64,000 bases of DNA from assembly GCA_050250875.1 (NCBI GenBank), contig JBFWNV010000009.1:45170-109169 (forward strand), written 5' to 3'. The DNA is from Vicinamibacterales bacterium. Lineage in GTDB: Bacteria > Acidobacteriota > Vicinamibacteria > Vicinamibacterales > UBA2999. Made by a program: the position numbers and the translations under genes. Below the pieces are notes generated by a model. That model was given only the letters and a program-made list of their open reading frames with translations, was not told the DNA's origin and did not search any database. Every line of letters begins with the position of its first letter. The stretch's first letter is position 1. Positions 27,910 to 36,305 of the stretch are shown one piece after another.

Positions 27910-28703
27910 GGGTCGAAGACCTGGGACGCGCCTGGACCCTGGAGCAGCAGCCGCCGGCGCAGCCTGGAGTAGTTCCGCATGCCGAGCACCGCGCGCGGCA
28001 TCTGCAGCAGTGACCAGCGCACGCGCTCGCGTCTCACCTCGAACCGGCAGAACCGGTCGAGGTCCGCCGCGCCGGTCGACGCTCTGACGGCGAGGCGGCG
28101 CAAGTCGAATCGCGGCGTCGCCGCCCCGTTGACACCCGGTCGGGAATTGGCCAGCGAGGACAGACCGGCCTCGCCGGCCGCGGCGGCGACCGCTGGCGTG
28201 AAGTCGCCACCCGGAATCGACCCGTGCACGACCGGCCGGCCAAGGAGGGACTCGAGGTAGTCGCGGCAGTCGCGGAACTCGGCGACGATCTGCGCCGGCG
28301 AGCACGACGACAGCATCCGGTGCGTCACGCCGTGTACCCCGATCTCCATGCCGGCGGCGTCGGCGGCCCGCAGGGTCGCGCGTCCGCAGAAGTTGGCCCG
28401 ATCGACGAAGTCCCGGGTGACGTAGAACGTGGCCCGCCAGCCGTACTCGGCCAGCATCGGCACGGCGATCTCGAACCCTCCGATCCAGCCGTCATCGAAG
28501 GTGAGGACGACGCTGTCGCCGCCGGCGGCCCGATTGGCGAGGAAATCGCCGACCGTGACGACCCGGTGCCCGGCCCGTCCGATCGCTGCCAGGTGCGTGG
28601 CGAACGCCGCCCTGGAGACGTGATAGGCGGACGCACTGGCCGGGACGCCGACCCGCGGCGCCTCGCCGTAGACGTCGTGATACATGAGCCACAGCGACCT
28701 CAC
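27906..28703 (-). CDS. polysaccharide deacetylase (NodB homology domain)
   Basis: GTG 28703 overlaps the upstream stop, with an alternative ATG at 28685. 'VVLTFDDGWIGGFE' and 'MEIGVHGVTHRML'. Confidence 0.8.
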   Translation of the reverse strand: MRSLWLMYHDVYGEAPRVGVPASASAYHVSRAAFATHLAAIGRAGHRVVTVGDFLANRAAGGDSVVLTFDDGWIGGFEIAVPMLAEYGWRATFYVTRDFVDRANFCGRATLRAADAAGMEIGVHGVTHRMLSSCSPAQIVAEFRDCRDYLESLLGRPVVHGSIPGGDFTPAVAAAAGEAGLSSLANSRPGVNGAATPRFDLRRLAVRASTGAADLDRFCRFEVRRERVRWSLLQMPRAVLGMRNYSRLRRRLLLQGPGASQVFDP

Positions 28704-29785
28704 GAGACGACCCTCGCCGTCGGCGGCTGTGCGGCGCCCGCAGTGCGTCCGCCCCGCCGCACCAGTCCGACCAGAAAGCCCAAGCCGTAGCTGAGGTGGA
28801 GGATCGCGAATGCGAGCGGGAGCAGCCACGGGCGCCCGCATCCGGTCCGCCGGGCGGTCACGAGCGACGCCACCGCGGCCGCCGCGCCGTAGAGTGACAG
28901 CACGATCAGCCAGGCCTTGAACAGCGCCGGACCGGTCAGGTAGAGCAGCGGGCCGGTGGCCAGGAATGCGACGAACGCCGGCGGCGCGAACTGCCGTGGG
29001 CTCATCTGCTGCGGATGCTTCTGCATGACCCGCACCTTGAAGAACCCATACTGGAAGTACTGTCGCCACAGCGAGCGGAACGAGACCCGGCTGTAGTAGT
29101 CGGAGCGGACGTCGGCGGCGAGCAGCAGCCGGGCGCCGAGCTTGCGCAGGCGGTAGTTGTACTCGTCGTCCTGGTTGCGGACCAGCGTCTCGTCATACGG
29201 ACCGGCGAGGTCGATGGCCCGGCGGGTGTAGGCCGGAAAGGGGATGGTATCGGCCAGCATCGTCGTCCCGGTCATCGTGCGGAACGCCGATCCGCCGACC
29301 CCGAACCGCGCGCTCATCGCAGCGGCGATGACCCGGCCCACCGCCGTCGTCGCTCGCGTCGTAATCGAGCCGCCGACGCCGTCGACATCGTCGTGGCGGA
29401 TGTGCTCGACGCAACGCGACACGTAATCCGGGGCGATGCGGCAGTGGCCGTCGACGCGGACGATGATCTCGCCGGCGGCGACGCGGAGGGCGGCGTTGAG
29501 GCCGGTGGCGACGATGCGTCCGGGATTGTCGACCACGTGCACCGGCCGATCGGGGTGGCGGGCCGCCAGTTCGGCGGCGATGGCCCGCGTGTCGTCGGTC
29601 GACATGCCGTCGGCAACGAGCACCTCCATCCGGTGCCGCGGGTAGTCCTGCGCCAGCACTGCGCCGAGACTTTCGGCGAGGAAGTCGCCTTCGTTGCGCA
29701 CCGGCATGATCACCGAGACGAACGGCACGGCATCGGGCGGCAGGACGACCTGCCCTGGCCAGCGGTGCGAGGTCGTGGCCGTCAT
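28700..29785 (-). CDS. glycosyltransferase family 2 with C-terminal membrane helices
   Basis: ATG 29785 overlaps the upstream stop (ATGA). 'VSVIMPVRNEGDFLAESLGAVLAQDYP', 'VLVADGMSTDDT', 'VRVDGH' and 'NQDDEYNYRL'. The tail is hydrophobic. Confidence 0.9.
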   Translation of the reverse strand: MTATTSHRWPGQVVLPPDAVPFVSVIMPVRNEGDFLAESLGAVLAQDYPRHRMEVLVADGMSTDDTRAIAAELAARHPDRPVHVVDNPGRIVATGLNAALRVAAGEIIVRVDGHCRIAPDYVSRCVEHIRHDDVDGVGGSITTRATTAVGRVIAAAMSARFGVGGSAFRTMTGTTMLADTIPFPAYTRRAIDLAGPYDETLVRNQDDEYNYRLRKLGARLLLAADVRSDYYSRVSFRSLWRQYFQYGFFKVRVMQKHPQQMSPRQFAPPAFVAFLATGPLLYLTGPALFKAWLIVLSLYGAAAAVASLVTARRTGCGRPWLLPLAFAILHLSYGLGFLVGLVRRGGRTAGAAQPPTARVVS

Positions 29786-31203
29786 CGCCCGCCGCCGGCG
29801 ACCGTCTGCGGCACGTGGGCATCCGCCGGCAGCCGGCAGATCACCGCCCGGAACTTGCCGGAGGCGCCCCGGGCGATCTCGCTGACCCGCTCGACGCTGA
29901 CCTGAACGTCGCCGACCCGGTCGCGCAGGCGCTCGGCGAGCACGCGTTCCACGTCGGGCGAGTAGCCAGGTTCGGGCACGCAGAGAATGCGGAACGCGTC
30001 CAGTTGCTCCTGGATGATCTGCGCTTCGCGAAGCGGCAGGTCGTCCTTGAAGACGGGGTCGAGACGGCCGACACGACGTCCGTCCCTGGTGATCACTGAG
30101 TCGTCGATTCGCCCGTCGATGCCGGCCAGGCGCGGCAACGTCCGTCCGCACGGGCACGGCGTCGCGTCGCCGCGGGTCGCGCGGTCGCCGGTGCGGTAGC
30201 GGATGAGCGGCATGTCGGCGTTCAGCAGACCGGTAGCGACGAGATCGCCCGGCCGGTCCGGCGCCGCGTCGCCGTCCTGGTCGAGCAGTTCGACCAGCCC
30301 GGCCTCGGGCCACAGGTGCAGGCGGCCGTGCTCGCACTCGCTCAGGGCGGCCACCGCTTCCGCCATGCCATACGTCTCGCGAACCGGGCAGCCGAACACC
30401 GCGGCGATCGACTGACGCTGGTGGTCGTAGAGCGGCTCGGCGTTGGTGATGGCGACCGCCATGTGGCCGCCGGGGAGCCCCAGACGCTGCGCTTCACGCG
30501 CCAGCGCGTGGAGCGATGAGGTATAGCCGAACAGATAGCGGATCCGGTAGCGGCGCAGCGCGTCCAGGTAGTCCGGTGTGGTCCTGGCGGACAGGTGGTA
30601 GGACGACATGTACAGCTGCCGCAACGGCAGGTTCCACACCCAGAACGGCGGTGTCGTGGCGCCCACCGGCGTCACCAGCTGCCCGCCGAGAATCGCCCAC
30701 CGGTCGCGCCTCGACACCCCGTACCACGAGCGCCAGCGGGCCTCGGCGAGCGCGTACCACGTCCGCAGTGTCTCCCGGCTCAGCCAGAGGGTCAGCGGCT
30801 TGCCTGTCGATCCGCTGGTGTGATCGGTGAACATCCGGCGCGGGTTGCAGTCGTCGGCGACGAACGCGTGGGGCTGGCGACGGACGACATCCTTCTCGAG
30901 CACCGGCCAGTTCGCCAGGACGTCGACCGGGGCGCGATCGCCGCGGCGGCGGCGCTCTTCCCACTGGGCCCGGTAGTAGGGCACGCGGGTCGCCGCGCGG
31001 TGCAGGACGAATGCCAGCCGCTCCTGCTGGTAGGCCTCGAGCCGCGCCGCCGGCCAGCGGTCGCGTGCGAGCGCCTCGGCGGCGATGCGCTCGCTGCTGG
31101 CGCCGTAGCGCGAGGTCCTGAGGTAGAGTCCCCGCGCGCTCGCGGCCAGCGAGCGAACCGGCGGCGGCAGGCGATGGTAAAGCTTCAGCGCGGTCTCGCT
31201 CAT
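29782..31203 (-). CDS. adenylate-forming enzyme, phenylacetate-CoA ligase/CapK (F390 synthetase-like) family
   Basis: 'FTDHTSGSTGKPLTLW' is the AMP-binding P-loop-like motif. 'ETYGMAE', 'YRTGD' and the C-terminal 'ASGKFRAV' are also present. Confidence 0.85.
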   Translation of the reverse strand: MSETALKLYHRLPPPVRSLAASARGLYLRTSRYGASSERIAAEALARDRWPAARLEAYQQERLAFVLHRAATRVPYYRAQWEERRRRGDRAPVDVLANWPVLEKDVVRRQPHAFVADDCNPRRMFTDHTSGSTGKPLTLWLSRETLRTWYALAEARWRSWYGVSRRDRWAILGGQLVTPVGATTPPFWVWNLPLRQLYMSSYHLSARTTPDYLDALRRYRIRYLFGYTSSLHALAREAQRLGLPGGHMAVAITNAEPLYDHQRQSIAAVFGCPVRETYGMAEAVAALSECEHGRLHLWPEAGLVELLDQDGDAAPDRPGDLVATGLLNADMPLIRYRTGDRATRGDATPCPCGRTLPRLAGIDGRIDDSVITRDGRRVGRLDPVFKDDLPLREAQIIQEQLDAFRILCVPEPGYSPDVERVLAERLRDRVGDVQVSVERVSEIARGASGKFRAVICRLPADAHVPQTVAGGGR

Positions 31204-31928
31204 CTCACAGCGCTCCGGGCGGCACCATCACGGTCGCCACCCGGGCAGTCGGCGACGTCGCCTCGGACCCCTGAGACGGCCCCTTGCACGACCCCCACCA
31301 ACCGCGCCTCGTCCGGCGTCGCGCCGCGCCGCGGCCGCATCATCGCGCCACCCCGTCGCCAACTGCGGTGGCGTCGGGCCGGAGAGTCGCCAAGGCGCTC
31401 GGCCAGCGGCCATCGGCGTCGGCGGTCCGGCTCCACGGCGCGTGCCCCCTGGCGTCGCCGCCCGGCAGGACGACCGCCGCGCCAAACTCGGGAGGCAGCA
31501 CGCCGGCACCGTCGTCCCAGCGCCCGCCGCATCCTGTGGACGGGCACGACGACGATGAACGCCTCGGCGGTGCCGGCGAGATCGCTCCGGAAATTGCCAC
31601 GATACGTGCCGCCCAGTACCCACAGGACGTCGATCGGACGCACGGGACCTCGCGCCGACAGGGCCGTGGCGAGGTCGAGCGGCAGCGTGGCTGAGCCACT
31701 GTTGCCGGCCCGGCCCGGAGCGGCGAAGTAGGCGCGGCCCGGCGTGGACGCAGGCCGCGCCGCGATCCGGTCCGAGGGCGGCACGGCATCGCCGTGTCGG
31801 CCGGGCGCCCCCGCCGGCGCGACGCCGACGACGCGAACGAGGAGGACGAGCACCGCCGCGGCCAGGGCGAGATGAAGCGAGCCCGTGCGCAGCGGCGACG
31901 CCGGTGGGGTGCCGTGGACAGTGGTCAC
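31200..31928 (-). pseudogene. truncated remnant of the beta-helix protein family (N-terminal ~135 aa conserved, then degenerate Arg-rich tail)
   Basis: 'AYFAAPGRAGNSGSATLPLDLATALSARGPVRPIDVLWVLGGTYRG...AEAFIVV' aligns to the N-termini of the three full paralogs. It is only 242 codons against more than 500. After about residue 135 the translation becomes Arg-rich and unlike the paralogs in any frame. Confidence 0.45.
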
Positions 31929-31977
31929 AACACGACCCGCGGGGCGACTCCGCCCGAGAACGGCGCCGTGGCGGTGG

Positions 31978-33426
31978 TCATGCAGGTGATTCGCGCGGGC
32001 CGACCAGCACCCGGCGCGGGGCGGCCACCCGAGCCGGCGCCACCAGGTCGGCCGGGCGCCGGGCGTGAGCGGCCAGCACGCAGCAGCTCAACCCGAACAT
32101 GAACGACGGAGCCACCGTCCGCATCGCCGAGTTGAGCATGTACAACACGCTCCAGGTCAGCGCGGCGGCGACCAGGGCCTTCTCCCGTGGCGAGGGGGCT
32201 CGGACCGCGTTGACGACGCCGATGACGACGAGGAGGGCCATCGCCAGTGCGCCGAAGAATCCGTGTTCGGCGAGCATGCGCGTGAACTCGGTGTGGGCGA
32301 CGACGCCGCCGGAGTGGTAGCGCTGCGACATGCCTGGGCCGACGCCGAGCACGGGATTCCGCATCCAGATGTCGATGTCCTGCCAGCCCAGCTGATCGCG
32401 ATGGGACAGGCCGGTTTCGCTGTACCGGACCGCCAGATTCCCACCGGTGAACTCGACCAACGCGGGCCAGATGACGAACATCGCGAGGCCGACGACCAGT
32501 GGCACCACCAGCACCGCCTTGCGGCGGGCGTCGCGATCGAGCGTGAGCAGGCCAATCGCGACCGCCGCCGAAGCGGCCGCTCCGAGCATGCCGCCCCGCG
32601 AGAAGGTCAGAGCGCAGTGGGCGCCCAGCCAGAGCATCAGGATGAACAGCACCATCCGGGCCTGCCAGCGGACGCTGCGCTCGAGCTGGCACCAGAAGCA
32701 GGCGAGGGCGCCGAGGCCGAGGGCGAGTGACACCTGGTTCGGTCCGAACCCGCCACTGGTCTGCGGGTTCGACTCGAACGAGAACTCGAGACGGTCGGCG
32801 GTGACGATGTTGTAGAGCACGATGGCGCCAATGGCGACGATCGGCGCGAGCAGCGACATGAAGACGCGAACGACCTGATGGGGGGCGAGTGTGAGCCGCC
32901 AGAAGAACGCCGCGCTCATCGCCAGCGAGAACGGTCCCGACAGGTTGAAGCTGAGCATGCCGCGAAGCAGGGCGGGGTCGGCCTCGCTGGCGGTGACCGC
33001 GACGGACGGGAGGAGCAGCGAAAAACACAGCACCGGCGCCACCAGGCTGGTCAGGCCGAAGCGACTGAGCAGCGCCGCGGCGTAGATCAGGACCAGGCCG
33101 AACTTCGCCGTCTCCCACGGCAAGGCGTCGGTCACCATGCGCCAGAAGACCTCGGCCCCGGCGACGTAGGCCGCCACGCACGCCACGCGGTCCGGACGGC
33201 TCGGGTTCAATGCCCACCATCCGCCGATGGCGAGGCACAAGACCCCGTGCACCCACACCGTGATCGACTCGGCGTGCATCCACAGGCCGAGCGGTGCGTG
33301 CAGGGCCACGAAGCACAGCCACCATGCCTGCTCTTTGCCGGTCAGCAGCGGCGAGTCGGCCGGCGGCGGCGCCGCCGGGGCGCCGGCGGGGGCGGCGGAG
33401 GGGTCGGATGAGCGTGCGGTGAACAC
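31978..33426 (-). CDS. O-antigen ligase/polymerase-like (Wzy_C family) integral membrane protein
   Basis: GTG 33426 lies 15 nt after the upstream stop. The protein is multi-pass hydrophobic. 'FSRGGMLGAAASAAV' and 'AHTEFTRMLAEHGFFGAL' match the O-antigen-ligase family loop and HN-x-x-L-x-x-x-x-E-x-G pattern. Confidence 0.75.
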   Translation of the reverse strand: MFTARSSDPSAAPAGAPAAPPPADSPLLTGKEQAWWLCFVALHAPLGLWMHAESITVWVHGVLCLAIGGWWALNPSRPDRVACVAAYVAGAEVFWRMVTDALPWETAKFGLVLIYAAALLSRFGLTSLVAPVLCFSLLLPSVAVTASEADPALLRGMLSFNLSGPFSLAMSAAFFWRLTLAPHQVVRVFMSLLAPIVAIGAIVLYNIVTADRLEFSFESNPQTSGGFGPNQVSLALGLGALACFWCQLERSVRWQARMVLFILMLWLGAHCALTFSRGGMLGAAASAAVAIGLLTLDRDARRKAVLVVPLVVGLAMFVIWPALVEFTGGNLAVRYSETGLSHRDQLGWQDIDIWMRNPVLGVGPGMSQRYHSGGVVAHTEFTRMLAEHGFFGALAMALLVVIGVVNAVRAPSPREKALVAAALTWSVLYMLNSAMRTVAPSFMFGLSCCVLAAHARRPADLVAPARVAAPRRVLVGPRESPA

Positions 33427-33440
33427 GGAAGTGTGCGCGG

Positions 33441-34976
33441 TCAGAGACCGACCAGGCCCCTGAGCCTGGCGAACAGCGAAGATGTCGTCGACGGAACGTC
33501 TGGCTGACTGGTGAGGAGGAACACCGCGAATTCCGGGGCCGTGTGCGGCGGGGTCGGCTCCCAGCCGATGACCGACGCCGGGCTCAGTCCGCCGAGCGGG
33601 ATGGCCACCGTGCCCCCTGAGTACGTACCGGTGAGCACCGGCGCGGCGGCGAGGTTCCTGACGTCGCGCAGTTCGAAGGCGGCGCCGACCGGCAGGCCGG
33701 CCGGGGCAAGGTCGACTCGGACCGTCGCGGTGTGTTCCCAGTTGTAGACGATGACGTGCGCCCGCCCCGGCGCATAGCGGTTGGGACGGACGAAGCTCCG
33801 GGTGACGGCTGGCGGATCGCCGAACTCGTTGCCAGGATACTGCTCGATGAGCTCGGGCCGCGTCACGATGGTCTGCCCGGCGATGCCGCGCGTCGCCCCG
33901 ATGAAGGCGTTGCGCTGCAGCCCACCGGCGCAGTTCACCAACTGGAGGGCGTAGCCGCCGCGCAGCACGGCGGAGTAATTGTCGGTCGTCAATGGCTCTT
34001 CGCACCCCGCCGAGTAGCCGAGGTTGATCCCGCCACCGGGGTTGTCGTAGACGAAGTTGCTCTTGAGGACCGGTCGTCTGGCGACGCGGAGCCCGCCGAG
34101 CAGGATGCTGTAGTCGCCGCCGCCGGCGATGCCGTTGCCCGCGGCGACGTTGCCCTCGAGCTGGAAGTCGTCGAGGAACCCGCCCTCGGACGCATAGGCC
34201 CGTATGCCGCTGCCGAACTGACTGAGGACGACGTTGTCGGTGATGCGGCGGACGCCCGTCTTGTTCTGTCCGGAGATGCCGTGTCCGGCGGCGCCGTCGG
34301 TGCGCATGACGCCGTTGTAGTAGACGATGTTGCCGTAGGCTTCGGCGTTGGCGGCCTCGCTGCCCATCCGGATGCCGTTGCCGAGGTCGTGGACCACCAG
34401 GTTGATCAGCTTGACGTCCGGCGCACGCACGTCGATGCCGTCGGCCCGGGCCGCCGGTGTGCCGGTGCGCCGCGGGTCGGAGTTGGTCACCTCGAAGTCG
34501 CGGTAGACGGTCCAGCCTCCAAGGATGGTCAGCGTCGTCCCTTCGACCTGTGCCCCATCGATCACCGCGTGTTCGCCGGGAAACGAGCGGACTGTGATCG
34601 GGGCCTGCTCGGTGCCGGCGATGGCGCTGGTCACGGCCGAGACCTTGTAGGTTCCGCCGCGCAGCCACACGGTGCCGCCCGGCTTGATCGCGCTGGTCGG
34701 CGCCAGCGCCGACTTGAGATCGTAGGGGTTCTCCTTGGTCCCATCGCCCCCGCTCCAGCCGCCGGGTGCCGCGTAGACGGCCGTGCCAGGCTCGTCGGGT
34801 GCGGCCACCGGCTCTCGCCCCTCACAGCCGAGCGACACCACCAGCAGACCGACGGCCGCGCACCGCCGCAGCCGGCGGCCACCGCCGGCCGGCGGCGCGG
34901 TCTGGCCGGCGGTGGTCGGTGGCTGCGCCGCCGGCCGCCAGCCGGGGACCCGTGCTCGCCTCGACATTGCGCTCAT
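33441..34976 (-). CDS. right-handed beta-helix protein, probable lipoprotein (paralog 2)
   Basis: ATG 34976. The signal reads 'RRCAAVGLLVVSLGC' with a Cys at its end. Motifs are 'WLRGGTY', 'FEVTNSDP', 'GHGISGQN' and 'RITDN', with the shared C-terminal 'RPNRYAPGRAHVIVYNW'. Confidence 0.8.
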   Translation of the reverse strand: MSAMSRRARVPGWRPAAQPPTTAGQTAPPAGGGRRLRRCAAVGLLVVSLGCEGREPVAAPDEPGTAVYAAPGGWSGGDGTKENPYDLKSALAPTSAIKPGGTVWLRGGTYKVSAVTSAIAGTEQAPITVRSFPGEHAVIDGAQVEGTTLTILGGWTVYRDFEVTNSDPRRTGTPAARADGIDVRAPDVKLINLVVHDLGNGIRMGSEAANAEAYGNIVYYNGVMRTDGAAGHGISGQNKTGVRRITDNVVLSQFGSGIRAYASEGGFLDDFQLEGNVAAGNGIAGGGDYSILLGGLRVARRPVLKSNFVYDNPGGGINLGYSAGCEEPLTTDNYSAVLRGGYALQLVNCAGGLQRNAFIGATRGIAGQTIVTRPELIEQYPGNEFGDPPAVTRSFVRPNRYAPGRAHVIVYNWEHTATVRVDLAPAGLPVGAAFELRDVRNLAAAPVLTGTYSGGTVAIPLGGLSPASVIGWEPTPPHTAPEFAVFLLTSQPDVPSTTSSLFARLRGLVGL

Positions 34977-35043
34977 CGTCTCGGATCCCTCAGTTTGACC
35001 GTGCATGAACTCGGGGCGGCCCAGGTCCCTGTGACGCCCGCCA

Positions 35044-36282
35044 TCACTCTTCCTGGCGGATCTGCGCCGGTGCGCCGGCGACCGCAGACGCCAGCGCAGG
35101 CACGTTCCACCGGTCGGCCAGCAGTTCCGCCAGCGCCGATCGCAGCCCCTCGAGCGAATACTGCCGGGCCCACGCCGAGGCGGCGCGCATCGTCGCCTGA
35201 CGGCTGTCCGGCGCCGCCGCGGCATCGCGCAGTGCGCCGGCAATCTCGGCCGGCGAGCCGCTCGGCAACAGAACGCCGCGGCCCGCGAGCATCCGTGGGA
35301 CCTGCCCGTGGGCCACGGCGATGCAGAGCAGGCCATGACACATCCCCTCGGCGACGACCTTGGGCCACCCTTCCGAATGCTGCGACGGGAGCACCAGCGC
35401 GTGAGCCCACTCGAACCAGCGCAGCGATTCGTCGTAGGGCAGCGCGCCGACGAACCGCACCACGCCTCGCGCCTCGAGGTCGGCGGCCCGGGCGCGGAGG
35501 GCCGCGCCTTCGGGCCCATGGCCGACGATTGCCACCTCGATCGGCAGCCCTTCGGCGACCAGGATCTTGACGGCATCGATCAGCGCGTCGACCCGCTTGC
35601 GGGGCTCGAGCATGCCCGAGTACAGCACGCGCAAGGGTCGGCCGATGCGCTTCGTCTCGGCGACGCGGACCGCGCGCTCGACCTGTGCAGCCGTCATCAT
35701 CGAGGTGAAGAAGGGCACGACGTGCGGCGGCTGGTCGGGCCAGTCGCCGTAGACGGTCACTGGGCCGCGCCACCAGCCCGAGCCGAGCAGCAGCCGCTGC
35801 ACTCGCGTCGCGATCCGCTCGGTGTCGTGCTCGTTCCACTGGCCGGCGTACTTCGCCACCAGATAGCGCGAGAACAACGGTGCGAGCACCGCGCCGATCA
35901 GACCGAGGTTGCCCGGGCACCGCACGTGAATCGCGTCGGCCGTCCGCATCGCCCGCACCAGTCCGATGATCCAGGCGGGAACGGCCGGCACCAGACCGAG
36001 CTTCGCACGCAGCGTCTCGCCGCCGGCGAGGCGCTGCGGCCACACCGAGATGTTGGTGCGCGTGAAGGCCAGGCAATCGCCGGGAAGCGGGCCGTGCCGC
36101 AGCGGCGCGGCGATGACGACGGAGTCGAACAGGTCCGCCCAGATGTCGATCTCGCGGGCGTACGGCCCATAGGCGCCCAGCTGGTCTCCGTGCCGATAGT
36201 GATGCACGTGCGACACGACCAGCAGGCGGCGCGGCACCGCTCCGGCCGGCGTCGCCGGCGCCGACGCTGTCGTAAACGACAT
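35044..36282 (-). CDS. glycosyltransferase family 4
   Basis: ATG 36282. 'RRLLVVSHVHHYRHGDQLGAYGPYAREI' and 'SEGWPKVVAEGMCHGLLCIAVAHGQVP' (EX7E region). Confidence 0.85.
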   Translation of the reverse strand: MSFTTASAPATPAGAVPRRLLVVSHVHHYRHGDQLGAYGPYAREIDIWADLFDSVVIAAPLRHGPLPGDCLAFTRTNISVWPQRLAGGETLRAKLGLVPAVPAWIIGLVRAMRTADAIHVRCPGNLGLIGAVLAPLFSRYLVAKYAGQWNEHDTERIATRVQRLLLGSGWWRGPVTVYGDWPDQPPHVVPFFTSMMTAAQVERAVRVAETKRIGRPLRVLYSGMLEPRKRVDALIDAVKILVAEGLPIEVAIVGHGPEGAALRARAADLEARGVVRFVGALPYDESLRWFEWAHALVLPSQHSEGWPKVVAEGMCHGLLCIAVAHGQVPRMLAGRGVLLPSGSPAEIAGALRDAAAAPDSRQATMRAASAWARQYSLEGLRSALAELLADRWNVPALASAVAGAPAQIRQEE

Positions 36283-36305
36283 CGCCCCCTCGCCGCGCCG
36301 GCCGG

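Noticed and set aside
31978-33426. Considered whether this polytopic protein is the missing exosortase.
   Set aside because: It carries the O-antigen-ligase/Wzy_C-type 'SRGG' loop and the 'AHTEF..LAEHGFFG' motif. I could not see the exosortase Cys/Arg/His signature, so it is kept as Wzy/ligase-like.
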